Source: Pseudovirgaria hyperparasitica (lineage: Eukaryota). From it: a stretch of DNA of 64,000 bases. The position numbers and the translations under genes are program-made. Below are positions 1 through 14,439 of this stretch, in pieces. Positions within the stretch are counted from its first letter, which is position 1. Each line of letters starts with the position of its first letter. The notes under the pieces are model-generated. The model was not told the DNA's origin and ran no database searches. It saw only the letters and a list, made by a program, of their open reading frames with translations. The DNA is taken from the NCBI GenBank assembly GCA_010093815.1, contig ML996568.1, one strand, 5' to 3'.

Positions 1-1
1 A

Positions 2-2821
2 GAAGCTATAGAAGTAAATAAGTCTACTATTAACTAAATTATCGCTATCTAGGACCCGTAAGAGTGATAGGACTATATTCTAGACACGTTTAATAATCTC
101 CTTTATATTACTAGCCTTATAGAATAGCTCTTAAGTAGTATAGTTAACCTCTTCTAGAAAGTAGGAGCCGTAATAGGGTATAGTAAGGTAAAGATTAACT
201 CCTCTATTCTAAAAGAAGTCTACGAGATAATTCGTCGTAGAAGAGATACTAACTCCCGTATTCTAAAAGCTAAAAATATAATCCTATAAAACTAGTAAAA
301 AGACCTCCCTAATAATAACGGCTAGTTACTCTAATCCGCCCTCGGACAGCTCTAGTAAATATAGAACTTTATAGAAAAGCTAGTAGCGCTCTTACGAATG
401 CGGATATAGGTGAGAGTAAGGAACTAGTTAAACGCATCTCTATAGTCCCGAATCGGCTAGGGATAGAAGGGAAGGGGAATTAAGGTATATCTTTAGAGCT
501 CTAATATCGATACTACCCTAGCTAGTAATAGTAATAAGGATAGTCTATCTCTCTAGTAACTCTCGAACTACCCTAGCCGATAAAATAAACTAATGTTCTA
601 TAATAAGACGGGACTTATTATCTCCGCTAGTTAATAGTTACGGATAAGTAGAATAGTTTATAGGCCTATTAAATACTACCTATAAATTAAAGAGATAAGT
701 ACATCGCCTCCGTCTTAGACCTTACTATCGCTAAAACTAGTATAGATAACGTCTACGGTAAAGTCCCCTCTACGAAGCACGCCTTCTAGTTTAGTAGTAC
801 GTCGTCTCTTCGAAGCTAGTCGTCCGTTTAAAGTAAGTATTCCTTCTACTACTACTAGTATATGTCTCTTACCGGGCCATGCGAGGACCTCTTTAGTATC
901 TATTACGGCCACGCCGATAAAACCCACTCATGGACGTGCCTTATCTACCGGCCCTTAGTAATTACTAGGGGCGCCTATATAATAATCCCCGGTTATTCTT
1001 AGTTCGTACCCTAAGACGATAGTATTAGTTAAGGAAGAGGACAAGCCTAAGAAATATTAATACACGCCTTTAGTAACGAAGACTTTTAAGGCAGCTATAT
1101 TATTAAAGAAGAATTTCACGAGTATTAAGGGAATGGCCCTACTAGTACGCTAGAAAGCGTAGATAGATAATATAGCTATTCCGTATAAAGTCTACTATAA
1201 GCATTACTAAGACGTGGCTAGAAAGAATAATATACTCGTTAGCGTGTTCTACTTAAACCTAGTAGCGAGACTTAAAATAGTATATAAGTTTAGAGATAAT
1301 ATAGGGGCCCTTAAAGTTTATAAGGACCGCTATACCTGGTTCGCGAAGTACGCGTAGCCACCTTATCCGATAGAGGCATTAGGTATCTATTATTACTAGG
1401 CCCTAGAGACCCCGAAGTAAGTTATTAATATTAAAACTATCCTTACTAGTATCGTATTTATAATTTAGAAGGAGGATAGTAGAATAGGTAGATAACTCTT
1501 TAACGAGTAGAAACGTACCGGAAGTGTTAACATTAAAGGGCTCTTCGAGCCACTTAAAAAGACGACCTCTATACTTAATAAGAGTATCCTAGAACTCGCG
1601 AGGGATGAATTTAATATATATAAGTACTACTAGCGTATATTTAATAAGAAATCGAACTACGGCTAGCTACGAACTATATACTACTCCTATATCTAATAGT
1701 TTATTAGGTAATATCTACTTTACTAGCTTACCTATGTCGCTCTTCGGCCTAATCTTAACTACTATCTAATCTCGTACCCGTACTATACGAAGTCCTAGAA
1801 TAGGGGCGATAAGACAGGTTTTAAGCATCTCAATAACGCCATTAATCGAATCCTCGATCCTAGCAATAGACACGGGTTTAATATAATCTAGGGGAGTATT
1901 AGTCTCGACGACGAACGAAGTAACGACTATACTATAATTATTCCCCACTCCTATAAGTTCTTAAATAAATAGTAGTCGAAGGCCAAGCTCCGCGAGGGGG
2001 TTAATCAAAATAGTATAATCACGGCTATTAACGATAAGATCTATAATACGGACGATAAGAAACGATTTAGTCCCTTTGTCCCGGTCCCCTACTAGTCCCT
2101 TAAAGTGCGTATCTCTAGCCTACTAATAATATATAGCGCCTAGGGTCCCGTAAAGGGTGGAAGACGTACGATGCTTCTATGGTATATCGCGATTAGCCCT
2201 AATCATATAATAATAGAAGTGCCTAAAATGGGCATATGGGAATAACTCGCAGTAGCTCATAGGAATTTAACTCTGGGACCTACGTCTCCGTCGGGATTTT
2301 CTAATAAATATAGCGCGATTCCTTTTACCTTCCTAGCTATAGTTTAACTCCCGAGTTTTAACGCCGTTAGTAACGTATTAGTCGGCTATAAAAGATAGGA
2401 TAGCTAGAAGGTAAAAGAAGAGGTAGCTACGTAGCTTAACGTAAGTCCTTAATAACTTAAAGCTAAGGTAGACGCCTAGTTTAAGGAGAGCTCGAGGGTA
2501 TTCGTGGAGACCTTTAAGAAAATAGTAAGGTAGGAAAGGCTAGTCTATAGGGATAGGTCGTTCTAGAAGGAATTTAACGAGGCGCGCGCCGCTAAGCGGC
2601 TAATTAATTTTAAGAAATTCGAGTCTAACGCGGGCCTAGATAATATTAAAGAGAACTTCTATAGATAGAAGAGGCCTAATGAACTATCCGATAAGGAGGA
2701 ATCTAACCTCTCTAAGATAAGCGACACGATTCTTTAGGAGCTAGCTCGCGACCTTAAGTACTAAGATTAGGCGCCTAAAAACCTACCTAATTATTAGTTA
2801 AGGGCTGCCCTTAACTAATAA
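2..2821 (+). pseudogene. RIP-mutated long ORF (>=940 codons, 5' end outside window) with a C-terminal 2OG-Fe(II)/PhyH-like dioxygenase domain
   Basis: Same frame at every point checked from 2 to 2821. De-RIPed motifs: YGWLRTMY...YVALRPD...LISYPYYTK...GFKH-L-D (HxD, ~1825), IQGSISLDDE, FVPVPC..EVRIS...MHG (distal His, ~2132), RRTMLPWY, SPSGFSNKYGAIPF. The frame ends TAA TAA inside the palindrome. Confidence 0.7.
2791..2821. repeat. 31-bp palindrome, copy 1 (ttattagttaagggc-t-gcccttaactaataa)
   Basis: Perfect 15-bp inverted arms around one central base; overlaps the end of the dioxygenase-like ORF. Confidence 0.95.
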
Positions 2822-3390
2822 TCCGGGCTAAGGTTTACCCGCGCTAAGAGGTTTACTAGGGGCGTATTTTATTCATATTAAGGTCTTTCTTTTAGGCGTT
2901 CTTTATACGGTTTCTTATATAGTTACTATACTACTAAGGGTAGTAGTTCTACGGGCTGGGGAGGTATATATAGAAGGCCGCTCCTACAGCCCTATATGTA
3001 TATGTCCCTAGCTCGATTATATAGCTTTATTATATATTTAAGGAGGGCGTTTTCCTTGGTTATTCTACTCGGCGCGCTTCCCCCATTACTAATATTCGAC
3101 TATTTAACCTTTTCTTACATTCATAGGCCTCTATAGGTATTAATTATTAGACTTAGCTATTAAAGAATTAATTAAGAGTATTATATAGACCCGTCCTATC
3201 GTAAAAGAGAACTAATAAGAAGTCGTGCGTTTAAAGAGAACTCATAATACCTAGAAGAGATACTTATGAGTTCGTCGCGACTACTATACTAGGAACATAG
3301 CCATTTATAAAAGGGACATACGTGGCGATAGCTTACTATAGTAGTATACCCACGACGTGTTAGGACACGCGCCTTTAAGAAGGGAGATAA

Positions 3391-3542
3391 TATTAGGCAC
3401 GTAAGGAGTACGTAGCCTACTAGTTAATTCTATATGTATATAGTAGTCATATATAAGTAGTATGCTCCACCCTTAAAGTAGTAGCTTTAAGATTCGGTCC
3501 TTTTAGTATAGTTAGTTAGTACGTAGAGCCTACCTCCTTACA
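3391..3542 (+). mobile_element. 3' LTR (with upstream polypurine tract) of an LTR element sharing its LTR family with the TRIM at 29363-29964
   Basis: Reverse complement of the TRIM LTR with a ~12-bp indel; starts tattag (de-RIP tgttag), ends ttaca; PPT aagaagggaga at 3377-3387. Confidence 0.85.
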
Positions 3543-3544
3543 TA

Positions 3545-3772
3545 TATTAGGACTTAGCCTTAGGTAGAACCCGACCTATATATACCTTAGCTAATAGGGT
3601 TAGAAGGTAATGTAAAGGGCGGTAAATAGTTACGTGCTAGATAGATCGGCGTCCCTTTATATATATACTCTCGGATTCCTACCGAAAGGGTTCGGTAGTA
3701 ATTCGTTCTATAATAGAATATACCCTATTATTCTATCTAACTATACTACTATCTAATAACCCTATTCTTATA
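3545..3772 (+). repeat. 5' LTR of Gypsy A
   Basis: Matches the split copy at 35240-35372/38293-38390; termini tattag...ttata are consistent with RIPed TG...CA. Confidence 0.9.
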
Positions 3773-5308
3773 TTTAAATTACTCTCTATATAGTACTATA
3801 GTTAAGATAGTCTAACTAGAACCGAGAAGGTCGATACGATCTACTATAGGGATAAGTAATACTATATTAAATAATAGGGATCCTCTATAATCGGTATTAA
3901 TCCTAGCCGTTTCTAACTAAGAAGTAGAAATATTAGACTAAATTACGGAGCTTTTAGACGAAGAAATAGTAGATACGCTAAGTAACTTCTAATAATATAA
4001 AGCCGGATAACGAGTTATGGCGGAGCCACGTAAGGTATTATAATAAACTATTACTAAACTTTAGGAATACGTCGCGAATTAGGCTCGAGAGATTTAAACT
4101 CTTAAAGAATAGATAGAATATACGAAACTCCTCGTAAAGAGATAAGAACTTAAGAAGTCTCTTAAAGAACTACGCTGAACGATAGTAGGTAGACGACTTT
4201 CTATACTAATTTAGGCGGAATTAGTTTACCTACCATTAGAGTTGCGATAATCTACCGTATACCTAGCCGCTTCGTTACTAATTTACTCTACTCCTTCCCT
4301 AGATATACTAAAATCTAAAGACCCGACTATATTTATAGGGAAGAACTAAAAGGAGTAGAAAGACTAGAAGAAAGACTATAAAAAGTACTTCCTTAATAAC
4401 TCTCTACTCTTTTCTACTAAAGTATAACGCATTTTATTCGGAGAACGATACCTAGACTTATAATCCCGCGATTAATAGGATAGATAGAAGGAAGTATAGC
4501 TACTATCTACGATAACCTAGGAATATTTAGCTATATTTATACTAAATACTCTCGGAACGGATAGAGAACGTGAAAGAAAGATACTATCTAAGTTAAGAAG
4601 CGTAGTATAACGACCGAACTAGACATCTACTTAACTACTATAATACCTCTAAAACCTATAGAATAATATCCCTACGCTATAGAAAAATATTTATATATTC
4701 TAGTTTCGCGAAGTACTACTTCCGTTAATCCGCGAAAGACTAGAAATAGTATTATTAAGTTTTAACTATCTATATGAATTAGAGGAGAAAGCTAATAAAT
4801 ACTACCGTATCCTTAAGGAACGCGGCTCTCTAGGTAAAACCGACGAACCCTATACGGGTTAGAAACGAGGTCGATTAAATACGTTTAATTAAGAGTAACC
4901 TTACCGCGATTAGTACTAGAAGAGCGTAAATCGGGGTAGAAACGCGTTAAGAGGATACTAAAATAATTAAGGCGGTGCTTCTTAACACGGAAAAGGATAA
5001 GACATAGGCTTAAATATAACGCCTATCGTAAAATAGTAGAATTATAGCGTACTTCGTTACTATAAGTATAATAATAATAATAATAATATTGTATAACTAG
5101 GTAGAGTAGTACTCTACAGGCCTATGCCTCCTCTAGTCTAAGCCACTATGTAAGAAGAAACCCTATAGAGAAAAACTTCCTTATATCTATAACTATATCT
5201 TATTAAACCTCTATTTCGTCTTAAGTATATAGCTATAGGGTACGCCTATTAGCCTATAGCCTATATTACCGTTATTTTACCCTTAGGTAGCACGTATAGG
5301 TGCGGAGG

Positions 5309-5339
5309 TTATTAGTTAAGGGCTGCCCTTAACTAATAA
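5309..5339. repeat. 31-bp palindrome, copy 2 (LINE ORF2 stop / 3' UTR)
   Basis: ttattagttaagggctgcccttaactaataa read directly. Confidence 0.95.
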
Positions 5340-6412
5340 TCGGGGTTCTCCCGGAGTTCTTCCGGTATATATCGGGTTACTACCGGCGTATACCGGGTCT
5401 CTTCCGGTATATATTTCTAGGTCTACTAGTACTAGAGGAGTAGTAGATATATAAGTATCTATCGGGAGACGTCCTTAGGGTACTTATTAAGCTATTATAT
5501 AATATCTAAAGTCTTTATAACGTGGATAAGCTATTACTATTATATATGGAGGTTAGGGTATATAGCTAGATAGTAGCGTATTATACCTCTCCGGCCGTAC
5601 GCCTTACACCATAGGGAGGTGTTAGGAACGCCTCTCTTATGGCCTCTAGTTCAGAGTTAGATAACTTCTATAGGTTCGACGTGCCCTATACCATTAGGCC
5701 CTACTCCTGTTTTCGCCTTATCTCATCCCCTCTAGGCTTATACCTCCGGCTCTACTAGGAGAGATAACTAAAGCCTCTCCTAGCTAGGTAACTACGAGGT
5801 TTACTCCTTAAACTTATAATACTAGCGTATATACCTTATAGGCGACACGTTCTATCTCTTTATAAATCAATACGTATATCCGTTCTCTCGGGCTATATAG
5901 TAGTCTCTCTAGCTAGAATATAATCCTATCTACTTCTAGATATACTAAGGGTTAGAGCCTATTAAAGGGGTAAGGTCCTTAGAGCTAGTAGTTACTACTA
6001 TATACCACGCCCCGCCTTTAAGCATTACTACTTTTCGGTTTCGCGTTACCTATAAGAATCTCTCTATAATAGGCCGACCATATCTTATAGGAGAGTATCC
6101 TCTAAATCCCTTACGTATATACGCCTAGGCGACTTAGGTATTCTCTTTCTACTAACCCGACTTATTTCTACTACTCTTAAAGGGTCCCTATAGCTACCTC
6201 CTACCTATATCTATATACTATTATCTATATACTCTAGTATCCCACCTCCTACAGTAGACTATAACATCTCTCGTACACGGGAGCCACTCTATCTATTAGT
6301 AGTAAAGTGGTATCTCGTATCGAGCGAAAGGTCTTAATAGAGTCGTGCTACTAGTAGTCGTACTAGGCGGCTTAATAAACGTAGTTTAATACTATAGGAG
6401 AGTTAGCTTTAA

Positions 6413-6972
6413 NNNNNNNNNNNNNNNNNNNNNNNNNNNNNNNNNNNNNNNNNNNNNNNNNNNNNNNNNNNNNNNNNNNNNNNNNNNNNNNNNNNNNNNN
6501 NNNNNNNNNNNNNNNNNNNNNNNNNNNNNNNNNNNNNNNNNNNNNNNNNNNNNNNNNNNNNNNNNNNNNNNNNNNNNNNNNNNNNNNNNNNNNNNNNNNN
6601 NNNNNNNNNNNNNNNNNNNNNNNNNNNNNNNNNNNNNNNNNNNNNNNNNNNNNNNNNNNNNNNNNNNNNNNNNNNNNNNNNNNNNNNNNNNNNNNNNNNN
6701 NNNNNNNNNNNNNNNNNNNNNNNNNNNNNNNNNNNNNNNNNNNNNNNNNNNNNNNNNNNNNNNNNNNNNNNNNNNNNNNNNNNNNNNNNNNNNNNNNNNN
6801 NNNNNNNNNNNNNNNNNNNNNNNNNNNNNNNNNNNNNNNNNNNNNNNNNNNNNNNNNNNNNNNNNNNNNNNNNNNNNNNNNNNNNNNNNNNNNNNNNNNN
6901 NNNNNNNNNNNNNNNNNNNNNNNNNNNNNNNNNNNNNNNNNNNNNNNNNNNNNNNNNNNNNNNNNNNNNNNN
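6413..6972. other. Assembly gap (560 N)
   Basis: Run of N; hides the left terminus of the Plavaka element. Confidence 1.
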
Positions 6973-7129
6973 TTATTATTCTAAATTATATCTTTAGTAT
7001 ATTTAATTATAGTCTTTAAATTTAATACTAGAAAGATAGTATATAATAGAGAGTAGAGGTTAAAAATTAATTAGACTAGGAACTTAAATTAAATAGTACT
7101 ATTCTAAGCTCTCTCCGACTATATAGCTA

Positions 7130-8920
7130 CAATAAAATGTAGTAGACCTTCCTTTCTTCTACCTTTGGGCGGTGTCCTTTATCTATTAAAAGGTGTCCTT
7201 ATCTAGAACTACCTTTAATGACCTTTTCTCCCACTAGACACTTCCCTCTATATTTCTAGTTACTGTTTTTATTCTCTCTTATATTATCTATTCGGCCTCG
7301 TGGTAGTCTATATAGTTCCCTAGCTATATACTAATATCCGACTTCTCTTGAAAGTATACACTCTTTATATATAGGTTAAAGACCTAACTTGAACGTCCGC
7401 CACCATCTAACTTCATTTTGATTTAAGTATCGGTCGGGGTAGATAGACTACTAGTTAAGGTAGCTATAACTAGGGATAATAAGTTAGTAATAGACTCATT
7501 CATACTACACGTATATATACTATCATTTACCGTTCCCGCGGTTACTTAGAGCGGGTCTATACTTAATACCCAAGATGGTATAATCTTATCCGTAGCCACT
7601 ACCAGTGGTGTAGAACTCTCACCCATATCTAATGGCGTATGAGATGATTCGAGGCACTTATCCAACTAGTTTAGAGTATCCGACTCATCCTTTTCGTAGT
7701 AGTTAGTATCTATATAGCCTCTATAACTTTAGTATATACTTATATTACCCGATAGCTTAGACTCCTCGCTCTCGTCTAAGTCATCCACATCTACTTTAGA
7801 GAAGTTATCTAGGTTATCTTTATATAGGTTTATATATATAGTGTCCGGGTCGATTAGTGTTAGTGCTATAAATACTAATACTATTAGTGATTTTTAAATA
7901 TAGTCGATACGGTAGGGCGCCTAGTTCGACTATATTAGGCTTAGCGCTCGCTATTCCTCTATATAATTTAGCACGCGATTAGATAAAGGTATATATATAT
8001 ACCTAGTATTAGTAGAGAGCGTGCGAATCTACAGCGACCGAAGGACGAGTTCGGCGCCCGCCCGCTACTATATTCGTTAAGGGCATGCCTTATTATAATA
8101 TATATAATAGTAATCATGGATAGTGGGATCGGTCGGAACATACTACTATAGTGCTCCTTCGATCTAAGGAATCTTAGGGACTATAGTAGAACTAACTTTA
8201 GAGCCTTAATTACTACTAGCCCTATGAATATTTTCCGAGTTACGCTAGTATTATACTAATAATTAGTAACACGTCTAACACGACGTAAGTAATATACCTT
8301 TACTCCTATATACGCGTTATTACGTATTAGGTTACTTATACTAGCTTTTCTCTTCTCGGCTATCTCCTAGTCCTAGTATTCGGATACCATCTACCTAACT
8401 CTAGAGAGGAGTTAGTAACGGAAGTCCATTATATCTTCCTTTACTAGCGCAATAATATGGGCGGGAGGTGTGTTTTATGAATTATAATTAAGGTAGTGGC
8501 CACTAAGATTAATATCTCCGGCGGCTATCTAGGCCGATTATACTAGTATCCTAAAACTATCTAGGCTACTATCTAGCTATATATTAAGGCGATCGAATAC
8601 CGGTGGTAACCGGCCTAAAAACGTTATGGCGATCGAAATCTCTATTATTATAAGGTACCGGTCTCGTTCGTAAGGCTAGAGACTATCTCTATAGGACCGC
8701 CTCTTTTCACGGATAGTTAGTTCCCTCTCTACTACCATTTCTCTACCTTCTTCTATCGAGCTAGATAGCTAATACGGTGGAGGAGAGGACGTAAGGCCGT
8801 TATATCCCCGGTTACTATTACGGTAGGATGTTACCGTGACGTCTAAGCTATATAGGGCGTTACTACTATATTCGCTACCGGTATACCTAGACTACTAGGT
8901 TGTTAGTAGATAAACGAACG
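7130..8920 (-). pseudogene. DUF6532-like gene (RIP-mutated), boundaries approximate
   Basis: De-RIPed reverse-strand translation at ~8040-8235: IFMGPAVIKALKLVL...G......MFRPIPLSMIAIIC..MRHALDEY.SG....SF, resembling the DUF6532 consensus; acidic stretch and basic C-terminus; divergent from the transposase. Confidence 0.55.
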
Positions 8921-9540
8921 CGTCGAGATAAGCTAGATATATATATATATATTTTTTATGTCGATGGCTGTCGTGTAAGTCCCTATTATTAATACTAATA
9001 CGTATCTACGTTATATCGCATCTTCGTTTACCTATCCCGTTTAGTTTACTATGGTTACTAGATTATCTTCTATTAGTATTACCGCCACGGTAGCTAGATG
9101 GTCCCTTAACCGTCTTCCGTGTTAGAGGTCCTATAGAGAAGATATATAAGAGATTAGTAGATATTTTCATTAGTAATGGGTCGGTGACCTACTAGGCGAT
9201 AATATTAGGTAGCGGGATAATAACTAGCTAGTAGACACGATAAAGGTTTAGGCGTAGACTAATATAGTATTTTTATAGACGCGTGATGCTTACGTGTTAT
9301 TATTAATAATTTTAAGCGAGCGTGTATGGGAATCAAGGGGCTAAGAGCCGGGTAGAAGTCGGGGGTTAGTAGGTATATGTCGGGCTTTCGACGGGCTTAC
9401 ACCTAACTTCTTCTAGTATACGCCTAGAATATCCGCCGTATACCGTATTATTACTATCTACTAATGATTATACTATGGTATTTTTCCTTTATAGTAACTA
9501 CACCTCGAGATGCCACGGGCCGTAGTCTCCTACTAATACT

Positions 9541-12500
9541 ATGGTAGAAAGATTAGTAGTATATACTATATAATCCGTAGGCACTATAACTCGGAACCGT
9601 GTAGACGAGCACGGCTTGCCGCATCGCTATTATTATTATAACCATTAGGCCCGTGGCTACCACTATCGACCGGGTCACGGCGCGGCTTTAGTACTCGTAG
9701 TTATATTAGTCGATGGAACTCTTTGGTTCGCTCTATTAGTATTTAGCCGTCGAGCGTTAATTAGGAGTCCGAGCCTATGGAATTAGGTACTTCTACTACT
9801 AATATTACCCTATATAAAGATACTACTATTTTCTCTAATCCTATTTCGGACCTGGAATCTATAGACGGCGTTACTAGTAGCCATAGTACCGATTTAGTAT
9901 GTTAGTCTAATATATATAGTAGAAATGCTATATCTATGGCGACGAGGGCGTCTAGTACTATATATTTAACGAAAACGTTCGAAGAGGAGAGCGGTATATA
10001 TATTATAGTAGACTAGAGTAGACGTGATAATCCGTCCGACGTGAGTATATATAGTCTAGGTTTATAGTAGTAACTAATTTAGTAGGCCCGATTCGGTTAA
10101 TTCGATAGTAAGTTTATAGAGCGCCTTATAATATAGACGAATCGGTTCGGTATTTCGAATGTAGTATACGATGAATTAACTACTATCCTTAAATAGACTT
10201 CCGCTATACCCCCTGACCTTTTTATACTAAAATCTAATATCATACGTAAGTAGTTATTACACCACCCTAAAGGGATACCGCACGAAAGTTGGCAGCGTAG
10301 CTACGATATATTTAGCACTACTATAGTCGAATACTAGTATAGGGATCCGCTTACGTTAGTGGAATTCCTCCTTAGATACCGACCGTTCGCTAGTAAGCTC
10401 GTGTTTAAGCTAGTACGATAATTTACTAGTATAGGCGACCGGGTATATAGTAAAGCCTATATAGTAGATGGTTAGTAGGATATATATGCTACTATTCCGG
10501 ATAGTACCGTCGTTATCCCTATTATTTTATCTTCGGATAAGATAAACCTTACTAACTATGGTAGTAATAGAGTAGCATGGCTAGTCTACCTATCTATTTA
10601 TAATCTACCACTAAACGTCCGCTTATCTAGGAGTCTACCATTATTTCTACTACTTACTCTATTACTAGTAGTTAAGCTAGAAACGGTAGCGAATCGCTTT
10701 ATGTTCTATTAGGTTATAAGTAAAGTTCTAGCCCGTATATCCGCCCATGATAGAGTCGTTAACTATACTAATTATTATATAGCGTTGCAGGCTATATAGA
10801 GTACTAGAGTATTAGTATTATATGCCGATGGCGGCTCGCGTAAGTACTATCCGCGTTTAGCTTTATATATTATAGATTTTCCGGAGTAGATACTTATTAC
10901 GGGTGTATCCTATCGGTATACATGTCTAATATATATAGTCCCTAGTAATAGATGATAGTATCTACGAGAAGCCATTACTAGTGTATAGGAGTTCCGTATA
11001 TACTCGTCGTTATAGAAATAGGTTTACCGTGTACGTCACGAGTTAATAACTAATAGCTACGGTAGCGAGTATACTAGTAGTAAGATAGATAATAGGACGA
11101 GTGTACCTAGTGTCTTATCGTTTTCGTCGACGTCTTTCGCGCTAGTAGTATAGGGCCATTATATTCGCCAATCGGTTAAGAGTCGGTATTCTAGTAGGTG
11201 GATAGAGCCATTGGATAATTTCGCCTAGTTACTTACTAGAGTTAATATACACCGCGCGGTCGCTCCGGACATTCTATATTAACTATATAAGGGTATATTA
11301 GAACATACGTTTAATTAGATAGTCTTGTATATTATTAATTAAGAGCGTACGGGACATAAGTTAAAGGGTATGTTTACTAGTATACCCCCTATAGAACGAG
11401 TAAAGAAGGCGATCGATAAGCGATTCGCGTCTATTAGGGTATTCGGTTGTTATAACCTACTTACGTGTATAACTTTAGTAATATAATAGACGGGGGTGAT
11501 GTTTAAGCGTATGCTAGCAGTGTTCATGGTCACGTTTAAACCGCTCCTATATTATAATTGACACTTCCTAAGCGTAGTGCGGGCGGTTATTAATATATAT
11601 ATGTTAGCGGTATACTATACGCATGATACGTAGACACTAGTATACTTAGAAGAGGCTATATTACGCTTAGACGACCTGAAATACTAGTTTATACTATATC
11701 GTGGAGATAAATCGGAGGATAATTATTTTAACTTTCCGAAGTTCCATATATTATCGCACCTGGTCGATGCCATTAAACACCATGGTTCGTTATATCTAAT
11801 ATCGGTAGAGCTACTAGAGCGATCTCATGTCGTAGTAAAGAAATTATATCGAGGTTTAAATAAGAGGGAGACGTTTCTATAGTAGATACTAGTAGTAGAT
11901 ATACGCACGACGAATACTAAAATCTCTAGTAGTATAGAGGTGGCGGCTAGTACTAGTATATTAGTAGCCCCTAGCCTAGAGTAGCTCGATGATATACGTA
12001 AGCTAGTCGGCTAGCGGCGTATTCTAAAGAAGCCACGCCGGAGTAAATATATACTCTACGTCTTATAGAGCTATAGACTATCTACGTCCTACTAGACCAC
12101 TGTCGGCGACCTCCACGACGTGTATAGTAGTAGTTTCATGTTACTCGATACGGTTACACCCTTTATACGCAACTATTATAATCGGCTTATTAGAGATAAT
12201 ATATCGAAAGGTATAAATGTCGAATATATTAAAAAGGACCCTTCGTAGACACGGGTTCTTCCTATCTATATGTACGAGACCATGCACGTACCGATACGAC
12301 TAGATAGAGATATATCTATAGAGGCCTTTGACCCGATTCGGGTAAGGTATACCCATAACTAGTAAAAGAGTGGTAAGGCCAGGGAGGATTATATAATAGT
12401 ATAGGAGTTTAACGAGGGCAGTAACCACCTTAATAGGAAGCGGGTTAGTAAAGTCTATATATTTCTAGAGGTATACGATACGGAGAGCATTAACGTAACT

Positions 12501-12836
12501 AGTAGTATAGCGGCGCGATTCCTAGGTGCGTTAGTTAAACTACTTAATAACTTAGGTGGAGGTAATGTTAATACTATTAGTGGCCTTATACCATTACGTA
12601 TAGCGGGTTAAAGGTCTAGTAATAAGACTCGTACGATGGATAGGTTCCGTGTCTACGAGCTAGAGCATGTCCTACGCCCTATATAGATTATATCACGTTA
12701 GTTAGTTACGGATAGTTTATTCTAGTTAAACACGTATAGTAATTAGGGGATCTATAACGAGGTATATAACCTAGACTTCTAGGCTATAAATAGACGAAAC
12801 GTGACCGTAGTATTAAAACACGGGCGCGTGTCGTAA
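9541..12836 (+). pseudogene. Plavaka transposase (PF18759-like), RIP-mutated; start approximate
   Basis: De-RIPed motifs YRDPL..VEFLLGHRPF..., RVYSEA.TADGWW..., VIPIILSSDKTNLTNHGGDRVAWPVYLSI.NLP, CADG..RKCHPRLA.YIADFPEQ.LITGV...CP.C, FNFPKFH.LSH, and C-terminal LNTYSDWGIYNEVYDPDF. Confidence 0.9.
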
Positions 12837-13339
12837 GTCTATCGCTATCTACCGCCGCCTACCGTAGTATACTAGCATATGCCGGCATATGGCGGAAGTT
12901 ATGGTTTATATATAGTAGCACTCGATAGTCGTATCCTACACTAGGATATCTCTAAGGAATGATCGTGGTTTATTACGATCGGTTCTATAAAAGGCTTATA
13001 TTTAATAACTATCTATAATTTCAGCTAAGGAGCATCCAGGGATGCACCTCCTTATTACCTAATAATTACCAGCTAGCATGAAAACTCCACGCCTCTAAAA
13101 GGGGCACATAGAACTTAAAGGATCCTCGTTCACGGGTAGAACCAGACATGGATAGCATTAATCTAACACAGATAGATTATATGTATTAATACCCTAAAAT
13201 CCGAACTATGTCTCTAGGCCTACTAGACCTAGCTCGCACCCGATTCTAATGTTTTTATTATTCGCGTTTATACCTTATTAGATACCGGGCATATAACGAG
13301 TCTATGGTTAAGTAAGTATTAGGTACGTGACGAGTCTAT

Positions 13340-14250
13340 TAATGAATAAGTGCCGGGTATATAACGAGTCTATGTAAATGAGTATAAATAAGTATATGCC
13401 GGGTATATAACGCTCTTACTAGGGAAACGTCTTCCTTAAGTATCTCCCCCTCCTAATGTTTCTCCTTCTCTTCCTTTATTCTTTCCCTAGCCTTATAAGT
13501 ATAGTTAGACTTATATCGCTATATTATTAATGTATACGTTCTTATATAGACCGTTAGAAACTATAGTAACTAGATATACGTTCTCGTGATAGATAAATAT
13601 ACCGTACTAATGCGTCGCATTATTCGTGTTTAATATAAGGGTTCGCTACTATAATCATTCGTCGTTACGCTCGTCTATCTCTTCTTAACGATAGTACTAA
13701 TTAATAACGACCTATTATAGAGATGATAGTTAGCATTACGTACTTCTCTTAAATATTCATATATTAATGTTACATAAGCATATGCTTCGCGGAGGTCCTC
13801 TATCCTTCCCTCGAGCTATCTAGACCATCCCCTAATCGCTAAAAACTCTTATATCTAACTATTTCTACTATTTGTTCCTCGGTTCTACTCGTTAGGCTTC
13901 GAATGATAGCGAACCATGACGGGTTAGCAGTTATCTATATTTCGCGTACGCCGAGTTAGTATGCCTAAATATAATAGATAATAGTATGTTTATAATAGTA
14001 TATACTAGATCTCATAGTATTCCTCTTTAGCGGTAGATCCACGTGGTCGCAAAGACGGCCTACTATCCTATCGTGCCTATATACTACGCTACTCTTTTAT
14101 CGTATATAGATAGTATTACTAGAGTAGGGCTATCGCCCGGTAAACTTAACGTTATATGTGGAGTATTATATATTTAACGTCGTTATTTCACGTGCCCTAT
14201 GTTAGTACGGGATCGGATGCCGGCTATATGTTTCCCCGCCTCCATTAAAT
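13340..14250 (-). pseudogene. Unknown cargo ORF (RIP-mutated), approximate
   Basis: Long reverse frame interrupted only by RIP-type TAA/TAG, with a charged C-terminal part; no recognisable family. Confidence 0.35.
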
Positions 14251-14439
14251 TAACGAGTTATTACTAAAAACTATACGGACTACTCGCGTTAATGTAGCCG
14301 TAACGTACATGTTATATCTACGCCTATTATATAGTATATATATCTCATCTCTCTATCACCCTAGTAATATATACTATTCCCTATTCCGTCTACCTATAGC
14401 TACGTCCGGCCAGCCGCGAATAAATAGCCGAGTAGAAGC

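Noticed and set aside
8074..8100. Partial match to the palindrome (gttaagggcatgcctta)
   Set aside because: Only one arm partly matches and it lies within the DUF6532-like coding frame (RHALDE); probably chance.
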